The translations under genes and the position numbers were made by a program. 64,000 nucleotides of DNA from Chlamydiota bacterium. Lineage in GTDB: Bacteria > Chlamydiota > Chlamydiia > Chlamydiales > SM23-39. The notes under the pieces are model-generated. The model was given only the letters and a program-made list of their open reading frames with translations. It did not search any database and was not told where the DNA came from. The DNA is taken from contig JBEHXF010000001.1 in assembly GCA_048498835.1 (NCBI GenBank), positions 42,932-106,931 on the forward strand, in the 5' to 3' direction. Below are positions 20,855 through 31,218 of this stretch, piece by piece (within the stretch, counting starts at the first letter, position 1; each line of letters begins with the position of its first letter).

Positions 20855-22080
20855 TCTCGATAGAGTAGATACTTTTCTCTCACTGTCATAAAGGCCTCTC
20901 TCTCGCCTTTTTGCAGTTCGATCAACTTCCAAGCAGGAAATTTTTCATCTGCTAAAATTTGATAAACCATCTCCGTCCCGTTCGCTTTGCAAAACAGATC
21001 TTTTCCACCTGAGCTTTTGCCAAATCTCTCCATGAATTCTTTCGGATATAAGCTCTTGAGCATACCCAAGATCAAATATTGGACAGCAACAGGACGGTAG
21101 ATCAAGCTATCGGTAATTTTAATCAAAACCCCCTGGCAGTTTACCCCTTTAAACATCCCCCAAAAAGGGCGATAATGAAAGGGCTGAAACATCACTCCAG
21201 GTAATTTCTGCGCATTTAATTTTTCCGCAAAATCAACTGCGTTGATCCAGGGAGCGCCAACAATTTTAAACGGCAACGTGAAGCCGATGCCAATATTAGT
21301 CAGTTGCAGCTCGCCCATCAAACCGGTGGAAGGGCAAAACATCGGAGTATCAGGCTCTGGAACATTCGGGCTCGGCGGAATCCAATGAAGGCCCGTGTCG
21401 CGGAAGCTCATCTTTCTCAACCATCCCTTCATCGGTACAACGGTCAACTTACACCCAATCGAATACTCTGCATTGAAAAATTTCGCCAACTCTCCAATCG
21501 TCATTCCATGACAATAGGGAACATTGACATAACCGATGTACGAGCGCCACTTTTCTTCCAACATCAATCCATCGACAATCACGCCATTGATTGGATTTGG
21601 CCGATCTAAAACCACAACTTCAATGCCCAACTTCGCCGCTTCTTCCATCGCATAAAACAACGTTGTCGGATACGTGTAAGCCCTTACACCCGTGCACTGG
21701 ATATCATACACCAGCACATCCAGCCCTTTGAGCATCTCCGGTTTGGGCCGCCTCGTTTCACCATGTAAGCTGTAAACAGGCAAGTCCTGGAATTTACCAT
21801 GCTGAACTGATTCCCAAGCGTAATGTTGACCGTTGATCCCATGCTCAGGAGAAAATAAAGCGATCACTTGATAAGTCCCTTCCTGCTCTAAGAAAAGATC
21901 GACCGTCGATCGCAGCTTGCTATCGACACCCGTATGATTGGTGATCAGTCCAATTTTTTTATCCTTCCAATTAGCATAAATTTTTTCCTGGAAAAAGACA
22001 TCGACGCCTGGACTCACCTGCGCGAAGAGAGTAGAACACAAAAAAAGAGCGAAAAACCAAACTCTGATCATGCTCTCCAT
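20851..22080 (-). CDS. DUF1343 / NamZ(YbbC)-family protein (putative exo-beta-N-acetylmuramidase) with a signal peptide
   Basis: The signal peptide is MESMIRVWFFALFLCSTLFAQ. Family blocks are IGLITNHTGVD, ALFSPEHGI, DVLVYDIQCTGVR and LDRPNPI. Confidence 0.7.
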   Translation of the reverse strand: MESMIRVWFFALFLCSTLFAQVSPGVDVFFQEKIYANWKDKKIGLITNHTGVDSKLRSTVDLFLEQEGTYQVIALFSPEHGINGQHYAWESVQHGKFQDLPVYSLHGETRRPKPEMLKGLDVLVYDIQCTGVRAYTYPTTLFYAMEEAAKLGIEVVVLDRPNPINGVIVDGLMLEEKWRSYIGYVNVPYCHGMTIGELAKFFNAEYSIGCKLTVVPMKGWLRKMSFRDTGLHWIPPSPNVPEPDTPMFCPSTGLMGELQLTNIGIGFTLPFKIVGAPWINAVDFAEKLNAQKLPGVMFQPFHYRPFWGMFKGVNCQGVLIKITDSLIYRPVAVQYLILGMLKSLYPKEFMERFGKSSGGKDLFCKANGTEMVYQILADEKFPAWKLIELQKGEREAFMTVREKYLLYRD

Positions 22081-22111
22081 TATGTCAGCTCACGAAATTT
22101 CACAAAACTTT

Positions 22112-22140
22112 TTGATAAAGTTTCTTAAATATGCTATAGC
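22112..22140 (+). promoter_or_regulatory. Candidate sigma-70-type promoter for putA (TTGATA-17 nt-TATAGC)
   Basis: The hexamers are at 22112..22117 and 22135..22140 with a 17-nt spacer, 27 nt before the putA ATG. An AGAGG SD follows. Confidence 0.35.
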
Positions 22141-22166
22141 TAAACGCACTTTATCGCAGAGGTTTC

Positions 22167-25100
22167 ATGTCCACATCTTTTTCCTCCGATCTCGAAGAAG
22201 CCGCCGAGATTCTCGATTCCGTCAAAGGCAAACCACAGTCTGTTGAAGAGAGAAAGAGACTGAGCATTGATCTCGCCGCTCTCATGCTCCGAGAAGCCGC
22301 CAAGATCATGACCCATCAAGAAAAAGCGATACAAGCACAACTCACCCGACTCATGCGCGATCCGGTTGGAAAAGCTTTCACAACTGCGATGACCGATGAA
22401 TGCTTCCGCAGTTCGAATAACAAGCGCGTCGCCGACCAAATGATCTACCTCCTCCATCAACTCGGCGTTCCCCAATATCTCGATTGGTTCAAAAGAACCC
22501 AACTTTACACATTCCGCGGACTCTCTCCCGCTGTCGCCGGCCTCCTCATCCCGTTTGCTACCTACGAACTGCGCAAACAAACCGAGCGCGTCATTCTCCC
22601 CGGCGAGCAAAAACTATTGAACAAGCACATTCAGGAAAGAAGATCTGAAGGGGTTAAGCTCAACCTCAATCACCTCGGCGAAGCCATTCTAAGCGAGACA
22701 GAGGCGAAAAAAAGGCTCCAAACCTACCTTGACGATCTAACCAATCCTGACATCGATTACATCTCCGTTAAAATTTCGACGATCTTTAGCCAGATCAACC
22801 TCCTCTCTTGGGATTCCACTGTTCAGGGCATCTCCGAACGCCTGAAATTGCTCTATCGCGCCGCAATGAAACACCCCGTCACCCGACCCGATGGACGCAA
22901 AGAGAATAAATTCATCAATCTCGATATGGAAGAATACCGAGATCTGCGACTAACTGCTGATGTATTTAAAGCTGTCCTCGATGAACCAGAATTCCATCAC
23001 CTCTCTGCTGGCATCGTATTACAAGCCTACTTGCCCGATTCGTTCCCCATGCAAAAAGAGCTCACAGAATGGGCGAAAAAAAGAATCCAACAAGGCGGAG
23101 CGCGCATCAAAATCCGCATTGTAAAAGGGGCTAATCTTGCGATGGAACAATTCGAAGCCTCCCTCAAAGGATGGCCACAAGCTCCTTATGCAACAAAACT
23201 CGAAGTCGACGCGAATTATAAACGGATGGTCACCTACGGCTGCATCCCCGAAAATGCCCGCGCCGTCCATCTCGGCGTCGCCAGCCACAATCTCTTTGAC
23301 ATCGCCTATGCGATGCTTCTCCGCGTGGAAAACCAAGTAGAGCCCTATGTGGGTTTTGAAATGCTCGAGGGCATGGCCGATCACATTCGACGCGTTGTGC
23401 AAAAACTCACCGGAGATATCCTCCTTTATTGCCCTGTCGCGACGAAAGAAGAATTCCAACACGCGATCGCTTATTTGATTCGCCGCCTCGACGAAAATAC
23501 GGGACCCGAAAACTTCCTGCGTCACGTCTTCGGACTCAAACCAGGCACAGAAAGTTGGGAGAGTCAAACAGCTCTCTTTAGCCAAGCCTGCGATGAAGTA
23601 GACACCACCTACGCGCATCCAAGGCGCCAACAAAATAGGCTGAAACACCCGACTGCACCCGAACCACACACCCCCTTTGAAAACGAATCCGACACCGATT
23701 TTGCCCTCCCACAAAACCGCGCTTGGGCCGAATCCATTGCTCACACTTGGAAACATCCCAAAGTGAAACCCCTTCCAATCGTCATCTGTGGGAAAGAAGT
23801 ATACGACAATCAAGATGGAATCGGTTACAGCCCAAACGATCCCTCCCAACCTCTTTATCATTACACCAAAGCGAGCAAACACCACATCGAAGAAGCCCTC
23901 CAATGTGCAAAAAAACATGAAAAAGAATGGGCGGCTACAACCGTTGAACACAGAAGCAATCTTCTCGCTCGAGTGGCCGAAAAATTCCGTGAGCGAAGAG
24001 GGGAATTCATCGGCGTTATGATGGCCGATGCTGGGAAAATCGTCACCGAATCCGATCCAGAAGTATCAGAGGCGATCGATTTTGCTGAATACTACCGTCG
24101 CCAAGCAGAAAAAATGGCTGCGATGAAAGACATTCAGTGGAAACCAAAAGGAACCGTGCTCGTCACCTCTCCGTGGAACTTCCCTGCAGCGATTCCCGCA
24201 GGCGGTATCTTAGCCGCTCTCGTCACTGGAAACTGCGTCCTCTTTAAACCCGCCTCCGATACGGTACTTGTCGCTTGGCATCTGGCCAACGCAATTTGGG
24301 ATGCAGGCATCCCTAAAGAGATCTTCCAATTCGTTCCATGCTCAGGAGAAGGTGTTGGTTCTACCCTCATCAAAGACCCACGTATCAATTGCGTCATCCT
24401 CACAGGCGGAACAGATACAGCGAAAAAATTCCTCGAAATGCGTCCTGGCCTCGATCTCGCCGCCGAAACGGGTGGTAAAAACTCCATGATTGTAACCGCT
24501 CTCGCAGACCGAGATCTCGCCATCAAAGACCTCATCCAATCAGCTTTCGGACACTGCGGACAAAAATGCTCTGCTACGTCGCTTGCCGTCTTAGAAGCTG
24601 AAGTCTATGACGATCCACATTTCCGTCGTCACTTACGTGAAGCCGTCGAGTGTCTCAAGCTCGGACCTACATGGAATCTCTCCACCAAGCTCGGACCCCT
24701 AATTCACCCTCCTCGCGGAGTCTTGAAACAAGGCCTGACAACACTTGAACCTGGCGAAGAGTGGCTCCTTGAACCCAAAGTTGATGAGAATAATCCCTGC
24801 CTTTGGAGTCCCGGCATTAAACTCGGTGTCCGCCCTGACAGCTTTACCCACATGACCGAACTCTTTGGGCCTGTTCTCGGACTCATGAGAGCCGACAATC
24901 TCGCTCATGCCATTGAACTTGCCAACGCAGTACCCTTTGGCCTCACCACGGGACTCCAAAGTCTCGATAATCGCGAACAATCGTTTTGGATTGATCGGAT
25001 CGAAGCGGGAAACCTCTACATCAACCGCACAACGACCGGTGCGATCGTCCGCCGCCAACCTTTCGGCGGGACCAAAGCCAGCTGCTTTGGCAATGGTTCA

Positions 25101-25778
25101 AAGGCCGGAGGACCCAACTATCTCCGCGAGTTTATGAAGGCCACTCAGATTGGGTTGCCTCAAGAAAAAGCTCCCGTAAACGAATGGGTCAATAGCCTCA
25201 CAACTTTCCTTGAGAAAATTGAACTCACCGCAGAACAACTCGGACAATGGACTGCCAGCGTTTCGAACTACGCTTACTGGTGGAAAAGACTCCGCCAAGA
25301 TCGAGATCCCACGAAGATCGTAGGCCAAGACAATTTCTTCCGCTACATTCCACGCAAAAACATCATTCTACGCTTGGAAAAAGAATCCCCCGCGATTGAC
25401 GCACTCCGAGTATGCGCTGCCGCGCTCACCGTAGGAGCTGGCCTTGAAATCAGCTGGTCACACGACGCTTCGCAACAATCAGAGCTCAATTGGCTGGAAC
25501 TCGTTCCAGTTCTCGATGTGAAAGAAGAAGAGGAATCAGAATTTCTCGAGCGAGTCCGTCAAGGCAAGATGCAGCGAATCCGCCTCGTTGGCCATCCCTC
25601 TCAAGCCCTGAAGGAGGCTGCCGCCGAGGCCGCTATCCTTCTCATCGATGCGCCGGTATTAGCAAACGGAAGACTCGAACTTCTCCACTATCTCAGAGAA
25701 GTTTCTCTCTCAATCGATTACCACCGTTACGGCAATCTCGGCTTAAGAGAAGGGGAGCTGCGAAAGCCTATCCAATGA
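22167..25778 (+). CDS. putA: Bifunctional proline dehydrogenase / L-glutamate-gamma-semialdehyde (P5C) dehydrogenase PutA
   Basis: The 1203-aa product has an N-terminal PRODH TIM-barrel region (RIKIRIVKGAN, FEMLEGM, YLIRRLDENT). It also has an ALDH domain (TSPWNFPAAI, ETGGKNSMIV, GQKCSATS catalytic Cys). Confidence 0.9.
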   Translation: MSTSFSSDLEEAAEILDSVKGKPQSVEERKRLSIDLAALMLREAAKIMTHQEKAIQAQLTRLMRDPVGKAFTTAMTDECFRSSNNKRVADQMIYLLHQLGVPQYLDWFKRTQLYTFRGLSPAVAGLLIPFATYELRKQTERVILPGEQKLLNKHIQERRSEGVKLNLNHLGEAILSETEAKKRLQTYLDDLTNPDIDYISVKISTIFSQINLLSWDSTVQGISERLKLLYRAAMKHPVTRPDGRKENKFINLDMEEYRDLRLTADVFKAVLDEPEFHHLSAGIVLQAYLPDSFPMQKELTEWAKKRIQQGGARIKIRIVKGANLAMEQFEASLKGWPQAPYATKLEVDANYKRMVTYGCIPENARAVHLGVASHNLFDIAYAMLLRVENQVEPYVGFEMLEGMADHIRRVVQKLTGDILLYCPVATKEEFQHAIAYLIRRLDENTGPENFLRHVFGLKPGTESWESQTALFSQACDEVDTTYAHPRRQQNRLKHPTAPEPHTPFENESDTDFALPQNRAWAESIAHTWKHPKVKPLPIVICGKEVYDNQDGIGYSPNDPSQPLYHYTKASKHHIEEALQCAKKHEKEWAATTVEHRSNLLARVAEKFRERRGEFIGVMMADAGKIVTESDPEVSEAIDFAEYYRRQAEKMAAMKDIQWKPKGTVLVTSPWNFPAAIPAGGILAALVTGNCVLFKPASDTVLVAWHLANAIWDAGIPKEIFQFVPCSGEGVGSTLIKDPRINCVILTGGTDTAKKFLEMRPGLDLAAETGGKNSMIVTALADRDLAIKDLIQSAFGHCGQKCSATSLAVLEAEVYDDPHFRRHLREAVECLKLGPTWNLSTKLGPLIHPPRGVLKQGLTTLEPGEEWLLEPKVDENNPCLWSPGIKLGVRPDSFTHMTELFGPVLGLMRADNLAHAIELANAVPFGLTTGLQSLDNREQSFWIDRIEAGNLYINRTTTGAIVRRQPFGGTKASCFGNGSKAGGPNYLREFMKATQIGLPQEKAPVNEWVNSLTTFLEKIELTAEQLGQWTASVSNYAYWWKRLRQDRDPTKIVGQDNFFRYIPRKNIILRLEKESPAIDALRVCAAALTVGAGLEISWSHDASQQSELNWLELVPVLDVKEEEESEFLERVRQGKMQRIRLVGHPSQALKEAAAEAAILLIDAPVLANGRLELLHYLREVSLSIDYHRYGNLGLREGELRKPIQ

Positions 25779-27840
25779 TTTGATTAAAAGCCTTTTGAAC
25801 CGCTTCGCTGTTTTTATGATCATTCGTCTCATCGAATAAAACGCGAAGCGATTCATGATTAAATTGCCAGCAAATGACCAGATCCCAGCGCATCTTTTTC
25901 AATAACTGCTCTGCCTCTAAAAGCTTGCCAATCATTTTCAAACAAACCGGATCGCCGCTCTTACACACCTTCGCCCGTTCAATTAAATCAAGCAATCCCT
26001 GTTCAGATTGAAAAGCTTTCGACTTTACATAGAGCTTTGGCAGTAAGTTCTCAATCGATGTACGAAAAACTTTAATATTTTTCCCCTCATCTTCGCAATT
26101 GAGTAATCGCTGTAATCCTTTCGCATTAAAAGTCTTCTTCAAAGCTTCTTGCAATGAGATTGGATCCCGCTGAATACGACTGCTGATTTGAATCAACATC
26201 TCAGCTAATTTCACCATTTTTATATCTGCTAAGCGCGGCAATTGCGCCTGTACATATTCCACAGCAAATCCAAAGAGCGTCCCATCTTGAAAGAAAGGGA
26301 TCGAATTTAAAACTTGATCAATACTTCCCTTCTCCACCACAGACTTTGGCTCCAAATTCAAAGGATCGGTGAGTGCAATCAATCGCTCCAACGCCTTGGC
26401 TTGAATCTTTCCGTAAACGGGCAATAAGTAAAGCACAGCTGTCTTAAAATCATAAGTCATGAAATCCATCAGCAACGATACGTCGAGCAGAAAATCGATC
26501 AGCCTTTTCTCTTTCTTGGAATAGGTTTTTTTAAACATCAGCTCAAAATCGAATTTTGTTTTCGCCAAAAGCGCAATGAAATCAGTGGCTGTTTGCGCCT
26601 GATGAAAAGGCGGTTGAGTTAGCACTTCAGGTAAACCACTTGCACTAGGCGTTCTGGGAGGTGTATGTAATTTCCCCACTGTCTGGTCTTTCAGCAATTG
26701 ATCAAAGACCTTAATCACTAAATTTCGATCGGAACGAATGAGTTCCCTAAAACATTCTTCCATTAAAACATTCGATTTTTTACTCGAATACTTCATTTGC
26801 AAGTGAAATTGGATCAGTCGATCGACTATTTTCTTCATTTTTGAAGAGGGGAAATTCTTCTCATAACCAGCGATGAATAAATGCTTCATCACAACAGCCC
26901 CTTGCACCATTTTCCTACATTCGTGACGATCGCGCAGCATTTCTGGATAAATCGAATCATCATTTAATCCAATTACTGTATGGGATCGAGCGTGAAGCAT
27001 CGGCCGAGCAATTTCAAATACCTTCTCTTCCGTGGCAGAATTTGATCGTTGCAAAGTCCACTCCTCAGGAAGAGAAGGGCGAGGCACCTTTTGATTCGGC
27101 CATTCGATTTTCATCCATTTATCGACATAATATTCGAGCATCGATTGCCTGGTGCAGCCCGCTTTCCACCTCTGAAAAAACTCTAAATCAAGATCGGTGA
27201 TAACCTTAGCTAACACCTTTTTTCCCAACGCTCTTTCCAACGCTTGATCAAATGGCATGGATTCAAGCAGAGATAAAACGCCAACCACCTGCCGAGCCAA
27301 TTTCTTTTCCGTGCTATCATCGATTCCCATTTGTAAAGCTAGCTTTACATGTTCGGCAAATGAAACAAACGCCCTTTCATTTTGAAGGACCTCAATCGGA
27401 AATACAGAGCTGCTAATGAGCCGCGCAGCCACTATCTTAGCTTTTTTTTCCTGCATTGATGGACTGACTCTTTGCAAATTGGAAGAAACCACAACATCGG
27501 TATCTGGAATGGCAATCTTTAAGGTCGGTTTTTTTCTCGCCACAACCGGCTCTCTTTTCTCGGGCGATTTGGAACGAGTTCCCTCAATCAATTTCGTGAC
27601 ATATGCATTCACTTTATCCGAATCAAAGGGAGTAATTTGAGTCTTTAAACTCTGCAAAAACAAAGCTTCATCTTCAGAAACTTCAGTCAATGCCCGTAAA
27701 ATGGACAGTTCTTCTTCAGATCTTGCTTCAAATTTAGCCGCTCGTAAGGCAAACTTTGCCTTTTGACGCAACGGAGCATAGGCTTCTGCCGAAACAAAGT
27801 AACGTTTAAGGTCGCTTTTTGACACCGGACTCGCCATCAT
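25768..27840 (-). CDS. Large orphan protein, 690 aa, predicted all-helical and soluble
   Basis: It is an uninterrupted ORF with no competing frame. I recognise no catalytic or domain motif, and there is no signal peptide or TM segment by eye. Confidence 0.5.
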   Translation of the reverse strand: MMASPVSKSDLKRYFVSAEAYAPLRQKAKFALRAAKFEARSEEELSILRALTEVSEDEALFLQSLKTQITPFDSDKVNAYVTKLIEGTRSKSPEKREPVVARKKPTLKIAIPDTDVVVSSNLQRVSPSMQEKKAKIVAARLISSSVFPIEVLQNERAFVSFAEHVKLALQMGIDDSTEKKLARQVVGVLSLLESMPFDQALERALGKKVLAKVITDLDLEFFQRWKAGCTRQSMLEYYVDKWMKIEWPNQKVPRPSLPEEWTLQRSNSATEEKVFEIARPMLHARSHTVIGLNDDSIYPEMLRDRHECRKMVQGAVVMKHLFIAGYEKNFPSSKMKKIVDRLIQFHLQMKYSSKKSNVLMEECFRELIRSDRNLVIKVFDQLLKDQTVGKLHTPPRTPSASGLPEVLTQPPFHQAQTATDFIALLAKTKFDFELMFKKTYSKKEKRLIDFLLDVSLLMDFMTYDFKTAVLYLLPVYGKIQAKALERLIALTDPLNLEPKSVVEKGSIDQVLNSIPFFQDGTLFGFAVEYVQAQLPRLADIKMVKLAEMLIQISSRIQRDPISLQEALKKTFNAKGLQRLLNCEDEGKNIKVFRTSIENLLPKLYVKSKAFQSEQGLLDLIERAKVCKSGDPVCLKMIGKLLEAEQLLKKMRWDLVICWQFNHESLRVLFDETNDHKNSEAVQKAFNQIIG

Positions 27841-27956
27841 ACCCTCCGATAATGTAAAGAAATCAATAACACTAAATTAATATTTGATCAAGATAGCGAT
27901 CTCCACACCTAGTTTTGTAGAACTATTTGTTCCGATCTCTTAACATATCTCTCCAG

Positions 27957-30053
27957 ATGGCTGAAGCACTTATGACACAATTGAATCCTCAACAAGAAAT
28001 CGCAGTGAACCACGTTGAGGGCCCCCTCCTCGTCTTAGCTGGTGCTGGATCAGGTAAAACACGCGTAGTCACTTACCGAATCAGCCACCTCATTGACCTC
28101 GGCGTACCACCTACTGACATCCTAGCAGTTACCTTCACCAATAAAGCCGCCGCCGAAATGCGTACGCGCGTACGCATCATTAAAAATGCCCAAGTGCTGA
28201 CGTGTACCTTCCATAGCTTAGGCGCGCGCATTCTCCGCGAATCAATCCACCACCTCGGCTATAAACCCGACTTCACCATTTATGATGAAGACGACAGCGA
28301 AAAACTCCTGAAAAACTGTCTTGAACAGCTCCAGCTAACGGAAGAAAAAGGTCTCTTGAAAGAGATGAGACAACAGATCTCTTCGGCCAAAAACAATCTT
28401 CTTTCCCCTGATGAAATCACCGACAAACTCCCCCAGCAAGTCTACACTCTCTATCAAGCAAAACTCAAAGAGTGCAACGCTCTTGATTTCGATGATCTTC
28501 TCTACCTCACTGTAAAACTTTTGCAAGAAAGCTCACAGGCCCGCCACCTCTACCAAACTCGCTGGCAATTCGTCCTCATTGACGAATACCAAGACACCAA
28601 TTTCGCTCAATACACACTCGCCAAAACACTGGTCGAAAAACACAACAATCTCTTCGCCGTAGGCGATCCTGACCAATCGATCTATTCCTGGCGTGGCGCT
28701 CGCTATCAAAATATTCTCAATTTCGAACGGGATTTTCCCGGAGCCAAAGTCGTTACGCTCGATCAAAACTACCGCAGCACAAACCATATCCTTCAAGCCG
28801 CTAACGCGCTCATCGAACACAATCCAAATCGATACGAAAAAAAGCTTTGGAGCGCCCATGGTTCTGGCGACAAAATTGGCGTATTTATCGCACAAAGTGA
28901 AAAACAAGAAGCGGAGTTCGTCGCTCAGCGAATTTATCGACACATCGCCGATCAACACATTTCTTACGACGACGTCGCCATCTTCTACCGAACTAACGCC
29001 CAATCTCGCCCCTTTGAAGATGCGCTCCTTTCCCGTCGCATTCCCTACACCATCATCGGCGGCCTCTCATTCTATGCTCGGCGCGAAATCAAGGACATCC
29101 TCGCCTTCCTTCGCCTCGTTATTTCCAATACCGACCTCATCTCTTTCCTCCGCACCATCAATCTTCCCAAACGAGGTCTCGGCCCAACCGCTCTCGATAA
29201 ACTAATGGAAGGAGCAGCTCAACGCGGACAACCCATTCTCTCTTTTTGCGCCGACCTCCCTTCCGACTTCAAACTCAGCGCAAAACAACAGCAAGGTCTT
29301 TCCGACTATCTCAGAATCATCCGTACCCTCCGAGATAAACGCCCCGCAATCAAAATCCACGAGCTCATCGCAGAAACCATTGCCGAGACACGCTACCTAC
29401 AATTTTTGCAAGAAGATCCCGAAACGCTCCAAGATCGAAAAGAAAATATAGACGAGCTCATCGGAAAAGCGGCCGAATGGGAAGAAGAGCACGAACAGCC
29501 CACCCTCCAAGCTTTCCTAGAAGAGCTCTCTCTTCGCTCGTCCGCCGATGAAAAGACCAATCTCCCTGCAGTCAAAATGATGACGCTGCACAACAGCAAA
29601 GGCCTCGAATTCCCACTCGCTTTTCTAGTAGGACTCGAAGAAGACCTCTTCCCACACATCAATTCAAAAGATAACATTGAAGCACTAGAAGAAGAGCGGC
29701 GCCTCTGTTATGTCGGCATGACCCGTGCCATGCGCAATCTCTACCTCACTGCAGCTACCTACCGCTTCATGTGGGGAACAGCTCGTTCCATGATTCGCTC
29801 TCGCTTTTTCAAAGAAATTCCCGCTGAACATCTTCAAAATCTCTCGCCTCACAATCAAACGCCCCATTTTGAAGAACCTTCTAATCCAGAAGGGTTCTCC
29901 ATCGGCGAAAAAGTCTATCACCAACAGTTTGGATCAGGAACGATTCAAAGAGTTTTCCAAAGCTCTTTTGGCCTAACCTACGAAGTGCTCTTCCCGGAAT
30001 CCGACACGACACGTACTCTTGTTGCCAAATTCGCCAAACTCCGCTCAGAATAG
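27957..30053 (+). CDS. uvrD: UvrD/PcrA-family ATP-dependent DNA helicase
   Basis: Motifs seen are LNPQQEIAV, AGAGSGKT, FTNKAAAEM, DEYQDTN, GDPDQSIYSWRGA, QNYRS, TLHNSKGLEF and YVGMTRA. The likely start is ATG 27957 (MAEALMTQ). Confidence 0.9.
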   Translation: MAEALMTQLNPQQEIAVNHVEGPLLVLAGAGSGKTRVVTYRISHLIDLGVPPTDILAVTFTNKAAAEMRTRVRIIKNAQVLTCTFHSLGARILRESIHHLGYKPDFTIYDEDDSEKLLKNCLEQLQLTEEKGLLKEMRQQISSAKNNLLSPDEITDKLPQQVYTLYQAKLKECNALDFDDLLYLTVKLLQESSQARHLYQTRWQFVLIDEYQDTNFAQYTLAKTLVEKHNNLFAVGDPDQSIYSWRGARYQNILNFERDFPGAKVVTLDQNYRSTNHILQAANALIEHNPNRYEKKLWSAHGSGDKIGVFIAQSEKQEAEFVAQRIYRHIADQHISYDDVAIFYRTNAQSRPFEDALLSRRIPYTIIGGLSFYARREIKDILAFLRLVISNTDLISFLRTINLPKRGLGPTALDKLMEGAAQRGQPILSFCADLPSDFKLSAKQQQGLSDYLRIIRTLRDKRPAIKIHELIAETIAETRYLQFLQEDPETLQDRKENIDELIGKAAEWEEEHEQPTLQAFLEELSLRSSADEKTNLPAVKMMTLHNSKGLEFPLAFLVGLEEDLFPHINSKDNIEALEEERRLCYVGMTRAMRNLYLTAATYRFMWGTARSMIRSRFFKEIPAEHLQNLSPHNQTPHFEEPSNPEGFSIGEKVYHQQFGSGTIQRVFQSSFGLTYEVLFPESDTTRTLVAKFAKLRSE

Positions 30054-30075
30054 GGTCTATCTGATCGATAGACCC
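30053..30075. terminator. Hairpin GGGTCTATC-TGATC-GATAGACCC between convergent uvrD and mtnA
   Basis: It is a perfect 9-bp stem starting at the last base of the uvrD stop codon (30051..30053). The U-tracts are weak. Confidence 0.45.
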
Positions 30076-30083
30076 CAAACAAT

Positions 30084-31169
30084 CTAATAGTTTACAATCT
30101 CTTCAGCTAAGACTGAACCGACATCAAGCACGTAGCTTGTCACAAGCTCTGCAGGAGTGACATCAAAAGCGGGGTTAAACACCGGCGCTTTGGCTGGACT
30201 CCAGCAAACCTGACCAAAGCTACCCGCCGCCCCACGAACTTCTGCAGCGGAACGCTCTTCAATCCTAATCTTCGTTCCATCCACGCATTTCGTATCAATC
30301 GTAGTATATGGCGCTACCACATGGAAGGGGACGCCATGATAATGAGCAAGCACAGCCAATGAATAGGTCCCAATTTTATTCGCAAAATCACCATTAGCCG
30401 CAATCCGATCGGCGCCGACAAAAATCCGATCGATCTCACCCCGCTTCATCAACGAGGCTGCCATATTGTCACAAATCAAAGTGTATGGAATTCCATTCTG
30501 CTCCAATTCCCAAGCAGTCAATCGTCCGCCTTGTAGTAAAGGTCTGGTTTCACAAACATACACATGGATATTTTTCCCCTGCGCATGAGCCACCTTAATC
30601 ACTCCCAACGCCGTTCCAACACCCGCTGTCGCTAAGCTACCGGTATTGCAATAAGTCATAATCCGCTCGCCAGGTTGCACTAAATTAGCTCCTGCCTCTG
30701 CCATCGACAAGCACAGAGCAGTATCCTCATGGAAAATTTCTTCCGTTGTTTGCAACACAGCTGTCCGAAAATCTTCGCGTCCTTTCATCGCTTCTAAGAC
30801 TCGATCAATACAATAACCCAAGTTCACAGCCGTTGGCCGAGCATTTTTCAGCAACTTTGCAGCATCCACTATTTCTTCTCGTGTACATCCCTGTTCTGCC
30901 ATTTGACTCAGCGACAAAATAGCTGAAATACCAATCAAAGGAGCGCCACGAACCTTTAATCCCACAATCACATCCACCATTTCCTCTGGCGATTTCACAT
31001 CAATCCATTCTTCCTCCAAAGGCAGTTTCTGTTGGTTTAACACCATCAAAGCTCCATCTTTGTAACGAATCGCCAAGCTCTCTAAAGCCAGCGAAAAAGT
31101 GAAAATAGGAAGCGTCATCATCATCGCTAAAATCATTCGCATCATAACCTCCGGTAAACGAAAAACCAA
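30084..31169 (-). CDS. mtnA: S-methyl-5-thioribose-1-phosphate isomerase (eIF-2B alpha/beta/delta-like)
   Basis: Blocks seen are LMVLNQQKLP, VRGAPLIG, ARPTAVNL, YCNTGSLATAG, ETRPLLQG and VGADRIAANGD. The start is uncertain: several in-frame Met codons lie in a hydrophobic leader (MVFRLPEVMMRMILAMMMTLPIF). Confidence 0.85.
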   Translation of the reverse strand: MVFRLPEVMMRMILAMMMTLPIFTFSLALESLAIRYKDGALMVLNQQKLPLEEEWIDVKSPEEMVDVIVGLKVRGAPLIGISAILSLSQMAEQGCTREEIVDAAKLLKNARPTAVNLGYCIDRVLEAMKGREDFRTAVLQTTEEIFHEDTALCLSMAEAGANLVQPGERIMTYCNTGSLATAGVGTALGVIKVAHAQGKNIHVYVCETRPLLQGGRLTAWELEQNGIPYTLICDNMAASLMKRGEIDRIFVGADRIAANGDFANKIGTYSLAVLAHYHGVPFHVVAPYTTIDTKCVDGTKIRIEERSAAEVRGAAGSFGQVCWSPAKAPVFNPAFDVTPAELVTSYVLDVGSVLAEEIVNY

Positions 31170-31218
31170 AAAATCTAACCCTTTTACTTTCAGCCGTCAA
31201 TGATTTATCCTCTTTGCC

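Noticed and set aside
23019-23951. 310-aa minus-strand ORF inside putA
   Set aside because: It is completely antisense to the PRODH/ALDH junction of a 1203-aa gene with clear motifs. It is Phe/Gly/Val-rich with no recognisable domain.
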